NCBI GenBank assembly: GCA_043228905.1
Contig: JBHGNT010000009.1
Coordinates: 3,844,001 to 3,908,000 of the forward strand
Direction of reading: 5' to 3'
Length of the DNA stretch: 64,000 nucleotides
Origin: Azolla caroliniana
Lineage: Eukaryota; Plantae; Polypodiophyta
Every line of letters begins with the position of its first letter. Within the stretch, counting starts at the first letter, position 1. Under the pieces are notes generated by a model. It was not told the DNA's origin and searched no databases. It saw only the letters and a program-made list of their open reading frames with translations. The position numbers and the translations under genes were made by a program. Positions 35,801 to 50,600 of the stretch are shown here, one piece after another.

Positions 35801-38490
35801 CGGTTGTTTGGTGCGCGGGTTATAGCACTTAGAACCCTTCTGCTCGTCCGAATAGCCGACCAAGATACACTTCTCGGCTTTTGCGTCCAACTTCCTCCTT
35901 TTCTCCTTTGGCACATGTACATACGCAATGCTACCAAAAACTCGTAAGTGTCGCAAGTTCGGCTTTGTTCCAGAGTATAGCTCGTGCGCCGACACTTTTT
36001 CTCCAATCCGGTTCTGGATGTATACTGCGGTTCTTACCGCCTCGGCCTAGTAGAACTTGGGCAAGCTCTTCTCCTCTAGCATTGCGCGTGCAGCTTCCAC
36101 AACTGACCTATTTTTTCTCTCGGCCACGCCGTTTTGCTCAAGCGTGTATCTACAACTGAATTCGCACTGAATTCCCATCTGTTGTAGATAACCATTGAAT
36201 TGACCGGAAAAGTATTCTTTTCCACCATCCGATCGCAGGCACTTGATCTTTCTTCCTGTTTCCATTTCCACGAACCCTTTGAGGTCCCGGAAACAGTCGA
36301 AGACTTCGCCTTTCTTCTCAATGAGGTAGATCCATGTGTGCCGCGTGTAGTCATCGATGAAGGAGACAAAATATCGGCTCCCGCCAAGACTAACGTTTTG
36401 TGTCGGCCCCCACACATCAGAGTGTATCAAGTCTAGCTTATTCCGGCTCCGATTACGCTCGTTTGGGAAAGGAAGTCGGTGTTGCTTCCCAAGCTGGCAG
36501 GCTTCAAAAATTTGTGCCTTCCGGCCACTAAATTTGGGCAATCCAAACACCACTTGTTTCGATTGCAGGTCTTGAAGCCACTGGTAGTTTGTGCCATAAG
36601 TCGATGTCCGACTCAACTTTTTGTCCCTTCACGAACATTGCAGTGCCACCGTCAGTAGAGTCGAGGATAAACATCCTCCCATCTCTGCACCCTTGCGCAA
36701 TAATACGGCCTTCTTCCTCAATGAAGCACCCAAGATGCGTAAACTGAACTTGCATCCCCTGGTCGACGATCTGCCCAACCGACACCAGATTCTTCGTGAT
36801 GGTCGGAACGTGTAACACGTTCATAAGTTTCCCTTTCTACCCGACATGGCTCAAGGGAACTTCACCGACATTCGCGATCAGATGCGGAGTGTCGTCTCTA
36901 GTTGCGACTACTCCTGATTGCGTCGGTTTCTCAAGGTATGAGAACCACTCCTTGTGGCGCGTCATGTGGTTTGACGCGCCGGAGTCGACATACCACACCT
37001 CGTTTGATTTTGGGGCGGACTGTTTCATTGAGTTTGCTTCGTGTCTCGTCACGAAGACTGACCCTTTTTCGGCTTTTTCGGATCCTTCGACGTAGTGCAA
37101 TCGCTGCCAATTTCCTTTGTCGATATGTCCGAAACCAGACCTCTCCGACTCGGCGCGCTTCTTCCAGCACTCGATCTCCCTGTGGCCTTTCTTGCCACAA
37201 TACCAACATTCCGTGGTGGATTTCCCTTTCTGGTTCTCGTCGCCTCGACTCCCCCTGTTTCCGGAGGGTCTGGAATTGTTGTCGGCATCACTCTGGTGCG
37301 TTCTTCCTTGATCCCGTCGGCCGCCTCCATTGCGTACCGACTCGCCTCGTCCGCCACGACCATGGGCCCTTTCTCCCTCCGTGTACAACATCTTGTTGTT
37401 GGTGTGCCTGCTCGTCGATGCACCCGCGTGGTTCTCCTCTACCAGGAGCATTGACTATAAGTCGAAAAAGGACGGCATATTCTCCCGGGTACATACTGCA
37501 CTTCGGAACGCCCCGAACTTTGACGCCAAACCCTCGAGACAGACATGGACCATCTCGCTTTCCTCGATGTTCACATCGATGGAAGCTAAGGAGTCGCATA
37601 TGTCCTTAATCCTCGAGGTATAGTTAGCCACCGACAAATCGCGTTGTTGTAGGTTGCTCAACTCCTATCGAAGTTGAAGCTTCCTAGTTGTGGTGCTCGT
37701 GGCGAAAATCTTCTTTAGATTTTCCCATGCACCCTTCGGCGTTTTTGCATCCCGAACGTAGCTTAGCAGTTGTTCACCCACACAAGACGCGAAGCAGTAT
37801 AGCACTCTGCTCGCCGATTGTTCCCACGTCGGGAAGTCTTTGTGTGTCGAATTGGGTGTTGTGTCATTTGCTCCATCGACATAGCTCTAGTATCCATGTC
37901 CGAGCAGATACTAGTGCATCTTGTAGGACCAAGATGCATAGTTGGTTCTGTCGAGCTTCTCCGTTGGAAGTGAGCTAGCCATTCCTCTGTCCATCGTTTT
38001 CCTTGTTCTTCTTCGTTGGTTTTTCCTTCAAGCAAAGTCAGCTTTAGAGGTTCTCAACCCTCGCGCTCTGATACCATGAAAAGAATGGCGTGCGGAAGCA
38101 ATATAGGAAAACCGAACAACAGAAAACACAGGTTTAATGGAAAGCTTAGGTCTTCATAGTACGCACGAGAGAGACAGAGAGAGAGTAACACAAGAACTTA
38201 AATTCAAGAAACAATACTCAATTTGTACATAGGATGTGCTCAGTGAGCACTTCTATACAAGCCCTGACAGTGGGCTGACACAAGTACTGATAGTACTTGA
38301 CTGCTCATAAATGAGCCTCGACACTTACTCCCAAAACTATTCCTTCCGAGGAATATCTTTCTAACGGCCTTCTGGTCTACGCACCGATACGGCCATTCTA
38401 CGCACCGGTCTGCGTACCGGTTTTATGCACCCAGTCTACGCACTAGTTACGCATCGTATTACGCACAAATGTTGAGCTTGTCTCTCAACA
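32807..38490 (-). mobile_element. Complete Ty1/Copia element, 414-bp LTRs, TSD GGAGG
   Basis: LTRs 32807-33220 and 38077-38490 (18 substitutions counted by eye); PBS TGGTATCAGAGCGC 38076-38063; PPT 33228-33221; TSD GGAGG at 32802-06 and 38491-95. Confidence 0.97.
33215..37994 (-). pseudogene. Copia gag-pol (gag, CCHC, PR, IN, RT, RH) with in-frame C-terminal extension; several stops and frameshifts
   Basis: CWYCGKKGHREIEC, WYVDSGASNHM, LIHSDVWGP, LRSDGGKEY, QMDVMNAFL, LLYVDDL, GYTDADWAG and ARTKHIEVHYHF. Confidence 0.93.
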
Positions 38491-38514
38491 GGAGGTAATA
38501 AATTTCATAAAATC

Positions 38515-38944
38515 TATTGAGAATCAAGCTCAACATAACACAACGTGTGAATACACCTCTTGAGAATCTATGATTACTCAAAGGTCAAGAGTCACACCAC
38601 TACTCTCTACACATTAACTATGTGACGCATAACTAATGAGTTACATATTCCCCATGACAATGAGTCTTCACATTCCCCAAGAGAGAGAGTGGTTGTTGTA
38701 GTTAGTTAATGAAGAGAGAGGGTGACTATATATAAAGCACCCTCTCACACTTCATACTAAGTCAGTTGTGACTCCTTGTAATGCTACAATTTTGTATCTC
38801 TATTCTACTTGTGAAATATAAACCTTCTTCTTGAGTATTTTATTTCTCTTATTTAACTATCTTGAGTTATCTTTTCCTCTCACACATATACGCACATAAT
38901 GCACATCTATTCCGTTGCACAAGAATCACCATCGATTATTTACA
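38515..38944 (+). mobile_element. Solo LTR (430 bp), TSD AAATC
   Basis: AAATC at 38510-14 and 38945-49; termini TA(TG)TTGA...TTTACA; TATA at ~38728. Removing it restores the LINE ORF2 frame. Confidence 0.88.
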
Positions 38945-41900
38945 AAATCAAAGGTTTATTTAATCAAGAACTATCATCTCAATATGTGGGTAGATTTGAC
39001 ATTTTATTGATACAAGAGCATCATTTATCACAGAATAGGATGGATAAAATTCGTAAATTCTTGAATGGAAGGTGGTTTTATGATTGGATTCCGACTTTTA
39101 GGCCATCTAGAACGCAATGGGGGCTTGCTATTGCATGTTGTGAAAAATGGGCTTCTTTGATTGTAGACAAAGGTTTTTATTGGACGGTCGTGTCCAATTA
39201 TAGTTTTAAAGCTATTAGAGAGAAAAGTTGGTTTCTTGAATGATTTTGCGCCAAATTCAACGATGGGAAGGGCACAATTTTGGTGCCAATAGTGGAATTT
39301 AATATTGGATAATTGGTGCATTGTTGGGGACTTTAATATGCTTGAAGACCCTTCTGATCCTATGGGTGGGAGCACAGTTACAATCTCATATGTTGAATTG
39401 GCTAAGTGGGAAAATTTATGCTTTAAATTTAGCTTGCAAGTCTTATGGTTTATACAATCTTTTGCAAGGGTAGAGTCATTGCAATTTTCTTGGTCGAATA
39501 GGCAGGTAGCGGATGTCAACCTCTCTAGGATAGACAGGTTTCACGTGGATCAATTTTTTTGGGATTTAGGTGGATCTCTAGGGATAGTGCCGGGTACAAA
39601 CTTTTCGGATCATGCCCCAATAAAGCTACACTTTGAAATTGTGATTCGTTGTATTTCATGATCAAATTATTTTTTGATGTAGTTACTCCAAGACTACGTA
39701 AGTTTCAAATGGGTGCATTAAAGAGGGATGGTGTTCCTCTCTCAACAGATTCGGATGAAATGCGAGAGTTAGCATCTCGATATTATGAATAGTTGTTGAT
39801 TGTTGATGAGGTGAGTCAAAATGTATTGGCAATGAAGGTTATAGTTTTAGGTACAACAAAGCCCTGTGTTACAGATCAACTAGTTCAAACTCTTTTATGC
39901 CCTTTTTCTTCTTCCGAGGTTTTGCAAGCATTAAAATCTTTGGGTTCCGAGGTCAGCTCTGGAGAGGATGGACTAATAAGAGATGTTTTCTTATAGTATT
40001 GGGACATTATAGCTTATGGTTTAACTAGGGCTTTTCAGATAATTTTTTATTATGGAGCTATGCCAGAGGAATGGAAAGAGGGCCTGTTTTGTCTTATCCC
40101 TAAAGGGGATGGAGCTTCAGAGGACATTGGGGCATGGCGGCCGATCACATTACTCAATACAGTTTACAAAATTTATGCTAAGGTATTGGCAATGCGTTTG
40201 CAACCTTTATTGCCTGATATTATTCATACTTCTCATATAGGTTTCATGCAAGATAGGAGTATATTTGATAATATTTTTTTGTTCTGGGACTTGTCCGCCT
40301 CAGCTATGGCCAAGAAAGAGGACTCAGTAATTTTATTGTTAGATTTTAAAAAGACCTATGATAGAGTGAATTGGGGCTTTTTAGAAGAGGCGATGAGAAG
40401 ATTACGGTTTCCAAAAGCTTGGACTATTGTGGTGGCAACTTTGTATAGATTAGCTTATAGTTCTATCTTAGTGGCAGGAGGTAGAGGATAAAGATTTCAA
40501 ATGTCGCGATCAGTTCGCCAAGGGTGTCCGTTAACCCCTTTCTTATTTCTTATTGTTACGGAGGTATTCTTTGCATATTTAAATTTAGTCGGTGTTGGGA
40601 TCCAAGGGCTGATCACACTGATCTCTAATAAGAGGATTTTAGATGTAGAGTTTGCATATGATATTGCACTATACATACGCGTTGAAGAAGGTAATTTGTG
40701 TAAAGCACAGGTTGCATTTGAAACATTTTGTGTTGCCTCTGGTGCAAAAATTAATTGGTGTAAATCGGTGGGTTTTTGGGTGTCTACAAGGTTGTTGCCA
40801 TCATGGAAACCATTTGAGTCCTTTCGTTGGATTCAAGAAGGAGTTTCAGTTCATTACTTAGGTTGTCAGGTTTGTATAAATATGCATAAGGAGTAATTGT
40901 TAGCTCCTTTAATGTTATCCCTTAAGAAAAAATTGTTGATTTGGGACACTACGAACTTGTCTTCAGCAGACAAAGTAATGATAGCTAATCAGATTCTCCT
41001 TTCATCTATCTAGTATATTGCATCTACATGTTTGTTCTCTACATCATGTTTGTTGCAAATTCAACGACTGGTTCTGAAACTTTATTTGGATAGGAAGAAG
41101 TAATAATGATGCTTGTGCGAAGGTAGCTTGGTTGACTCTTACGACACAATTTTCTGATGGTGGTTTAGGGTTGGTAGACCCAGACAATCAATGTAAGGCT
41201 CTTCTGGCAAAATTTGTTGTTAGGGCTATGTTGCATAATCGAGGTATATGGTCGGTCTGAGGTGCTTTTAAACCGATCGGTTGATATTAAATTGTCTACT
41301 GGTGGTTTTTGGAAACCATCTCTAAGATGGGCATTCTTGTCAATTTTTAAGAAGAGACAAATACATGGTCTGAAAGACGGTTTTATGGTTGGCATTTGTA
41401 AAGCGTGGGCTGTTGTTAAGTTTTTTTATTCATAGATGCCCATCTTCGAATGAAGAACTGTTGCAACAACCTTTGATTTGGAATTTTATTTTTTATGATG
41501 AGTGGGGTGTATTGCGTGGAAGTAGACCGCGATTACAATGGGTTGAGTTGGATAATGGTATAGCTGCCACGATAGCCTCTTAGGGAAATTATGTTTGCCA
41601 TCTTAATAATTCTCAGCTTCATGCTACCATGTGTAGGGTTTTTAGAGCTATGTTTGATGCAATTCAGTTATCTTTAGGGAATTTTCTCTCTAATTGGTCA
41701 CCCTCTTTTGTGCATGTTTGGTTTGGATATTTTACTCCGGTTGGTGTTATGATATGAGTAAAAGGAACAACCTCTCAAGGAGACTATTACTATTTTGATG
41801 TATCTAAGGAAGAAAGATTATGGCAAACTGATGTGGAATTGTCAATTTGGAAAACGACATTGCAACATTCTGTGAGAGTGATTGGTAAATCTAGTAAAAG

Positions 41901-44900
41901 GTGAATTTTAGATCCTTCTCCTTCTGATAGTATGTTATTTTGTCAACTATGGGTATTTTAAAAAAAGTCATTGGATTTGCATTGGGATCCATCATATTAT
42001 CTTTGGAAACATACAAATCCTTCGTCTCATACTAAATTTGTTCAGTTTTTTCAATATATTGTGAAGTTGGGACAAAAGTTGCTCTTAAGTAGAAAATTGC
42101 ATCCGCTATCTGCTATGAAAGTGTGGTTGGCGAATGGGGCCTCTTTAATGGATGCATCTAAATATTTGAAGTGGTTATGAAGTATTCAGATTCCCAAGAA
42201 GATTGTACTTTTTCGTTCGTTATTGATCCATTATGCACTACCGATTCGGGCTTGGTTACGACAACTAAATAGTAAGTCGTGTGGATTTGGTTTTGGATGT
42301 ATGACGGATCAATTAAGCATATATTGTGGTCTTGTCCTGAAATTATTCAAGTATGGAAGAAAGTGTTAAGGTTGTTAATATTAATACATGCTAATTGTGT
42401 AATCACTTGGGGTGCAGTTATGTGGGGCATTCTAGAGGGACAACTGTTGTAATATGAAAAGGAGGATATAGTGGAAGCCTTTCACATAGTTCCTCCTCAT
42501 ATACAAATGGTTCAACCTTTTCTTAGTGATAGTTTGCAATTTAAGGATGATATTATTTGGAAAACAAATTCATCTATTCTTATGTGGGTAATGTGGAAGG
42601 CGTGATACGATGTACACCAGTTTTTTACAACGTCACTCGTGATGTTTCCATTATAATTGCTTAATTTTGGTTGTTACTTATTCATAAATTATGTGGTCAG
42701 TATGAATTTTTTACAGGCAATGTTGATGTTATTTTCAAGAAGCAAATGCATCTTAAAAGGTTATGGGATTCAATGCTCATTTTTAGGGAAGATGGAGATC
42801 ATATAATATGGATGTATATTGTTCTTGTCATTTTGGGAAACAACGTCTACGAACTTTGTTTATGGACTCTGTTGCTACAGATGTTGGTGGTATAGGTTAC
42901 ACTGCATGCTCAGTTGCAATTTGGGAGAAGTAGACCATAGAAATCTTGGAGATATGGTGTAAAAAATATGTGTAGTTCTTGTTTATACACATCAAATCAG
43001 TTATGATGTGAGCACAATGGAGTTGGTTGGTATACACCTTTATCCAACACAACTTTTGTATTTCTTATGATTTTATAATACCAAGGCGTATCTCTTTAGG
43101 GAAAAAAAAAAAAACATAACATGAAGATCAATGGGCTATGCAAAAGCTAGATGATCAAGATCTTGAATCGCTCACTATATATTCTTAGATCAATGATGCA
43201 ACGTTGCATTTAGATATTTCTTTCATGCATGAATTTGCACCATTTGTTCCATGTCTTGTTTTTGAAACCTTATGCTTATAATACTATTCTATATCATGTG
43301 GTCCTACCACTGTCTCCTATTCAATTGTTGATGAATCAAAGTTCAACACCGAAGTAGTTTTGAAATTTAAAGGCATGCATAACAAATTATACTACCTCAT
43401 CAATTGGTTAGGTTGTATGCTTAGTGACCAAACTTTGAATCTCGTCAAGAACTCGATAAAGCACTAGATATTGTCATAGAATTTCATAATTGATATCCTC
43501 ATAAACCAAAATCCAAATTGTGCCTTTGTGACCATTCAAACTCACCATTGAATGAAGGAGATTGTAATAGTTATGTGGGAACATCAATTGCCAAACATGC
43601 ATCAAAACTAGATGACAAGCATACATAACGATAGGAGTACTATATTTACGGAATATCTCAATGTCATCAAACTGTCTAGGTTCAATGTCAATCTTCGGCA
43701 TAACCATGTAGCTCTTGTTCTTATTATATATTATAAATTTAAATTTATTCATTCTCCTTTTCTCAATCTAGCATTTCCTCCCTCAAGAACAAACAAGGGA
43801 CCTAAGTGTCTTCTCTATTTCCCCATATGCACCTAAGTTTTCATTATGTCTCTAAATGCTTTTGATCAACACTCCTCTCAAGCTATTATATGGTATCATG
43901 CTCTCTTTTTATCAATTATATGTGCTTTCTATGGCAGATTTGTCCCCTTTCTCTCTCCTTGGGAAGTTGACCGAGGATGTCAAGGCAATAACAAAAAATC
44001 AGGGGCATTCAGGGAAATAAAAAAATCAAGGGTAGCTTGGAATAAAGCATAATAAAGAAGTATGAACAAGAAGTGTTTGGTTTTTATTATATTGCGCAAT
44101 TTATGATCTTTGATTAAAGGTAATTTTTATGGATTTCATACTATCTATGATTTCTCTAATTGCTCTCTAAATCCCTAATGCCTTAAAATTACTAATTGAT
44201 TGATTTCGATATGTTTTATAAGCATACTCAAACTTGGGCCACTTTGAAATTCAATTCTTATACACTCGAATCAAATTAGCATAAGTGACTACTTACATAT
44301 TGGAATATTTGGCTTCATAGGAGTTCAAGTTAATGAACTTTCCTCGATAATTATATTCTTTCATCAAGCACACCATCATCTTTAAAGTGAGTGTGCAGAA
44401 TCATTGGAGTTTGCTTTCCATTTTATCATGTACTCTTAAAACTATTTCACTATATATATTGTCACATGGTGTTCATTAAAAGAAAGTGATGTCATCAAGT
44501 ACAATAAGAAGCACGAGATACTTGAGAACTGGGGAAAAAAGCTTACATTGGGACAATACAATTGAGTTTTTGCAAGTAGACAAACACATCGTCGAAGTAA
44601 GTTTATCACAATCTCTAATTTTACCATTGATATATTTATTATTGTAACTTGTGCCTTTCAAACCTATAAATCGCAAAGTGCAACAAATACACTTTGTAAT
44701 GACACTTGATAGTTTTTGAAACAATACAACTAGGTTTACTTGTTCATCACAAACCTCCCGAGAAAACAAATGGGTCCTTCATACTTCAAAATGAAATGAA
44801 TTGTGTGAATAATTTAATTTCAATATTTGTATACTTTTGTTGGATCAAGCATGTTGAGCAAGTTGATTCCTAAATTATCGAATTGACTTGTTTTCTCATT

Positions 44901-45519
44901 TTATATTGTATTGGTATTCTACGTATCACACTTGTTTTCATAGAGATATTGTGCATCTTTATTAGAATTGAGTGGTACCAAACGCAAAGAGTTTTGAAAA
45001 AGAAGTATAGAATACATCCATAAGTAAGCATGTTTGCTACTTTAATAAAAAACAACATATCATTTGCATTAATAAAGTTCGACTTATATTGCAATACGCA
45101 TGGCCCCTTGTGATATTTATGACACGAACATCATAATGATGTGCCACCTACATTGTAACATTGAAGAAAAACTCTTAACTCTTAATCACAACATTAATTG
45201 TCTTGGCAAGATGACAAATAATCATGCTCAATGCATGAAAATGGTGGAATTATAGTGTTGTTTTCAAAGTAGGACTTAAAAAATATATTCAGCATTAAAT
45301 CCATCAAGCTTACAAATGTATATGTATTTGAACAATTGTTCTTACACCTCTTAAATTCAACTGACGAAGAAGATAGATATAATGTTTGTTGGGGGATTTG
45401 GAGAACTCCACAATATTGAAACATTCATTTTAGAACATTGTTGTGATGTCGAGTGTATAGATTTCAAGTTTATGATAAGTCAAGGGTTGGTCGAAGACAT
45501 AATCAAACCATGAGGGAAA

Positions 45520-45900
45520 TATTAAGCTTAAGATTAATATTAAGCGACAATGTCCACTCTATTCCTCTTAATGACAAATCTCAAGAGGTGTTGGAATTGG
45601 TCAGCCCAATAACCCTTTGGATTCTATGGAAACAACGATGTAGGCGAGTCTTCTCCAACCAAACCACCCATCCAACAAGGTTACTGCAAGAGATATTGAG
45701 TGAAATTGTAGCCACTCTGAAGAGCCAATATGATGGCCTTAAGGGCGGCTCCGAGGGAGTTGAAAGACAGCGCATAACCTTCATCCAACAATGGTCGTCC
45801 TCTCCCTTTCTTGAGTCAGTGGGCATCCACATAAGATGGAACTATCACGTCCCTTTAGGGATTTGTACATAATCGTCTCATTTGTAAAATTTTATAACTA
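45520..45900 (+). mobile_element. 5'-truncated L1-type LINE 3' fragment
   Basis: SPITLWILWKQRCRRVFSNQ...LLQEILSEIVATLKSQYD matches the W..WK.R...VF motif at the ORF2 C-terminus (compare the LMWVMWKA region near 42590). Confidence 0.65.
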
Positions 45901-47637
45901 ATGGAAGGAGTTTTGTTTTTTGGAAAAAAAGAATAAGATAAATAATTAAAGATAGAGAGCGTGAGGGACCACTGAAAACAATTAACCACTTCAAACCATA
46001 AGGTCAATGGTTTGAACTTCAAACCTTTGAAGGGAATATCCGAGCTATATTTGCAAAGTGATGACAATGAAGTGGATGAGTGCTTATAAACCTTTTGTTA
46101 GCATCGAGCACCCTTGTTAAGACGAGGATAGGTGTATGCAAAAAGGAAAGCAATGTTACATGTTAAAAGAGGCACCACCATTTGTTATTGGCTGAGGAGT
46201 CGTAAAGTGCTATAAAATGAGCAATAAAATTCATTGTTGAGGTGGCAAATTTTGGATTTGAGGCAAAAGCTTTGCCAAACTTCTTATTGACAGAGCAAAG
46301 CGAATCATGAGGGTGCATAAGAAGTACACGACAACAAGGGCCAACATGGTCATCGATCATAGACTCTACGAAACTTCAAGAATCACTTTGAAACAATTTC
46401 TCGTGGACTTTCCATCTTGTTTATTTCATACACCCTATGGATCATGCTTGATATTTGTAAAACTAAGTGTTTTCATGAGTCGAGAGCCAACAAACATGAT
46501 TTTGATGTATTAGAGAATTTATTTATTTTGAAAATGTATTAACACCGGGTAATTTGAAACAGGTAATATGTTGCAATTTAAGAATTGTCCGTCCAAAAAA
46601 GACACAAAGTAGGTCATTTCACACAAAGGACAATTGTATGCATAAAGGTTTTTGGAAATTGAATCAAAATATATTGATTTATACCATGTCCAAAAATTTA
46701 GGGCTTTCAAAAAAATGCCTAATAATCGACGCGTGAAATTTACAAGAGAACATACAAAAATTGCAAAATGACTAACACCTATATTTATACATGTTTGTGA
46801 GTCGCCATATTGATGTAACATAAAATATTTACATTTCATATATGAGAACCATCACTTCTTAGAGATACGCCTTCCCATTCAAACCCTCTCGATGAACTAG
46901 AAGAGCTTTGTGAGGTCTCATCCTCATCATCACTACAACCAATGCATTATCTTCATCCAATTGCAATCCAACGTCACCGTGATTATGAGACGTACTCCTT
47001 GTTCGTCTCTGTGTTGCATCAGTAGACACATCTGGGATCTTCTCTTTTATTATCTTGATTGTAGTCTATCTTAGATGGCCTGTTTTGGTCAAGGAGAAGT
47101 CATACACGAGTATGTTGACATTATCAAGTGTGAGAGTAGACGTGTTGGGTAGATTCTTTCTTCTCCGCTTTCTGCTTGTGCCTCTAACATCCTTAACCAT
47201 CTCTAAAGAGTACTTCCCAGTAAATGTATATTTGGAAGAGGTATGATACCAATGAACCACAATGGATTGAACTTGATTGCCTTCATCATCCTTAATAATT
47301 TCAATGATTTTAGCAATCCAAAAGCGATGACCCAACTTATCACCCCCAGCTAATGTTGTAACCAACATACCAACTTGTAGCTCATGTAGATTGCCTTGTC
47401 ATCTTGCCTCTACAACATGCGATAATCTTGGTCCCACGTAAACATCTCTTTGTCATGGACGAACTAGATTATTCAATTCAAGATTATCTAGTGGTTGTAA
47501 ACGAGTCGTGCTCGCCATTGATAGGTCACCAATATTCCATTTGAATTGATTTTGTAGTGGCCAGTAACCCGCAAAGTGGTTATCTAATATCATATGTTGA
47601 TGATTAAAGAAGTTATCCCACCATTCCACATCCTGAT

Positions 47638-50600
47638 TGTCGAATACGAGTGTATAATGGCCGTATTCACATTGTCCCTTTGGACAACCCAAGTTTGGGC
47701 TATTTCTATAAATAGCATAAAGGGTAGTTGCCCTACGATAGTCGCTATATAAAGTGACTTTGTAACCTTTAGTGAAGGTTGGTTGTCATTTGTAACTGTT
47801 GCTATTAAGAAATAAAATGTTTCTTTGTGCCTCTCTCTCTCTCTCTCTCTCTCTCTGTATCTTATTCATTCTCATACACAGGTCCTTCAACATCACAAAT
47901 GTTGTTTGTTCTTCCGCACTGACGACCTTGTCCCCAACATTTGGTATCAGAGCGTTGGAGGTTCTTCAACCCGCTTCCGGCCGTCATAGTACACAACACA
48001 ACACTCTGTTTCTGTTTTTCTTGAAGAACAGAGAAGAGAGAAGACAAACAAGAAGTCTGCATCTAACTGTGTTAAATCACTAATTGGAGTAAGCTAGCCG
48101 ACTGTACTTTGTTCTTGTGATTGTAACCACTTGAGGTGAGCTCCTTGTGCAACACCCGACCCAATCGTGCTTCATTTGGTTAAACAATATCTGAATAGGT
48201 CACCGAACGCTATTCACCCGCTTGTTGTAACCACCCGCTGCAGATTGGTCTCCAGGCAACAACCAAATTCGTGCTTCATTTGGTTGATCGACATTCGGGA
48301 GGATCAGTTGGATCCGTCCCTCTCATCGTTGCAGTCATCCGAAGCAGAATCGGCCTAAACAATCGGTTTCTTGTGATCAGAAGCTAACCGGAGTCACTCC
48401 AAGAAGGTTCAGCAAACAAGTATCCGAAACCAAACTGACTCGCGTTCAAGACCGACTAGAACGATATCGGGTGAGCTGACCGGCTGCACCCAACTAAGGT
48501 TCCTACTCAACTCCAAACAGAGTCTTACTAACCGAAACCGAATCAGATGGCATCAACATCCGGCTCATCGGAGATGAGTCTAAGGAGGTTTGACGGTTCC
48601 AACTTCAACTTCTAGAAAAAACAAATGCAGGACTATCTCATAGTCAAGGGTCAGATAGACCCGATTGAGAATGAAAATCCTCCAGAAGCATACAATTCAA
48701 ACGAGTGGCTAAAGCTAGACAGAATCGTCCGTGCCACGATTCAGATGCACTTGTTGGAGTCAATGTACTTCACAGTGCAATCATGCTCGACAACTTTTGA
48801 ACTTTGGAAAACACTGTCGGAAACTTATGAAAAGAAAGTCGCCGCAACGAAGATGTATCTGATCCGGTGCCTCTACAACTTGCGGATGAAAGAATCCAAT
48901 TCAGTTCAGGCACACGTCAACGAGTACGAAAGCCTAAGCTCCCAAATATCGTCTCAAGGGACAACAATAGAGGATGAACTCAGAGCAATGATACTCATGA
49001 GTACTCTCCCCTCTTCTTGGGAAACTTTCGTCACAACCGTGTGCAATGCTTCAACAACTGCCATTAAGTACTCCGAAATCACGAGCGCAATCCTGACTGA
49101 AGCAGCTCGGAGAAAATCTTTCACCAAAGACTCGGCAAATGAAGCTTACGTAGTACAAGGTTCGACCGACCGATCGAACAACTGGGGAAGAAGTTCTTCC
49201 CGAACGCTGAACAATCAGTGAAGCCGGAGCAAGTCTCGGGACAACCGAATCTACAACTACTGCAAGAAACTAGGACACATCAAAGCTGACTATCAGGCAC
49301 TCAAAGCAAAAACCGACAAAGCTCAGAGAGCGGATCAAAAGAGTAGCTGGCATGAGGAGGTCAACTACGTCGGCTCTTCAGCCGAAATTTTGACAACCGA
49401 CCCGAACATACTGTCCATAGAGAACCCTATCGAATTCGAAGTTCTACTTATGACTAAGGAATCGAGCACATGGCTCCTGGACTCGGGCGCATCGTATCAT
49501 GTGACACCTCACCTCACCGATCGCAGTTTCGGCAATACTCGAACCGGCACTCCGACTCAATTTGAGTCGGGAACTCGCAACACTGTACCATAATCGGAAT
49601 CGGCACCGCAGAGCTCAACCTTCCAAGTGGCTCTACACTCGTACTACACAACGTCCGACACGTTCCTGAGCTTTCAAGACCCTTGATCTCAATCGGACAA
49701 CTTGACGAAGTCGGCATCCGTGCCGGGTTCTCATTAGGATGGTGGACACTCCACAAAGGGAACCTCCTGCTTACTCGAGGACCAAAGGTACACTCTTTGT
49801 ACCCTTTATATGTCACACTCAAAGAGGGTGACTTATTTTTGGTTGATATCCCCGTGTCATCATTATGGCACGGATGACTTGGACACCTTAGCAAGGCCGG
49901 CATAACGCACCTATCCAGAGCCGGTTACATCCCCAAGCTCTCCTTCTTGGATCACCGATTCTGCGAGCATTGCCAATACGACAAACAGGTAGCCGCATCA
50001 CACTCGACATCGGCACCAAGAGAATCGAGTCCCCTCGATTTGGTCCACTCAGACGTCTGTGGCCCGATGCCACATCAGTCTCTTGGCAATGCTTCGTACT
50101 TCGTCAGTTTTATTGACGACTCGACTCGGAAGGTGTGGGCTTACCCCATTAGAACCAAAGGTTGGGTGTTCTCGATCTTCTCCGAATGGCTTGCAATGGT
50201 TGAAAACCAAACCGGTCAGAAATTAAAATGTCTCTGAACCGATAATGGAGGAGAATTCAAGTTTGATGAATTCGTCAAATTTTGCCGGGAACGCGACATT
50301 CGACGTGAATATACGACACCCTATAGTCCGGATCAAAACAGAATTGCTGAATGCATGAATCGGACGATTCAAGAACGCATAGTATCCATGGTCCAACACT
50401 CCGGATTGTCGAATGGCTTATGGGCGGAGGCTCTACTTACGGCAGTACACATAATAAATATGTCGCCAAATAGACCTCTAGGACTTAAAATACCTTACTA
50501 AGGAAACATGGACCGGCAGTAAGCCGAATTATGACAAGCTAAGGATCTTCGACTTCAAGGCATATGCCCTCATACCGAAAGACGACTGCCGGAAACTCGC

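Larger units (their letters stand above)
32760..42900 (+). pseudogene. LINE ORF2 remnant (APE endonuclease plus RT), interrupted at 32807-38495 and 38515-38949
   Basis: The rejoined N-terminus reads MNSLTLLSWNVQGLGGNKFHKIKGLFNQ...DILLIQEH. Also WCIVGDFN, SRIDRF, FSDHAPI, WRPITLLN, LDFKKTYDRV, SVRQGCPL and EFAYD; many stops downstream. Confidence 0.9.
31157..43114 (+). mobile_element. Full-length, decayed L1-clade LINE with two nested LTR insertions
   Basis: TSD AACATAAC(G/A)TGAAGAT at 31141-31156 and 43113-43128; poly(A) 43102-43114; ORF1 and ORF2 remnants in between. Confidence 0.9.

Noticed and set aside
43130-45450. AT-rich region with short ORFs
   Set aside because: No TIR, TSD or protein motif could be supported.
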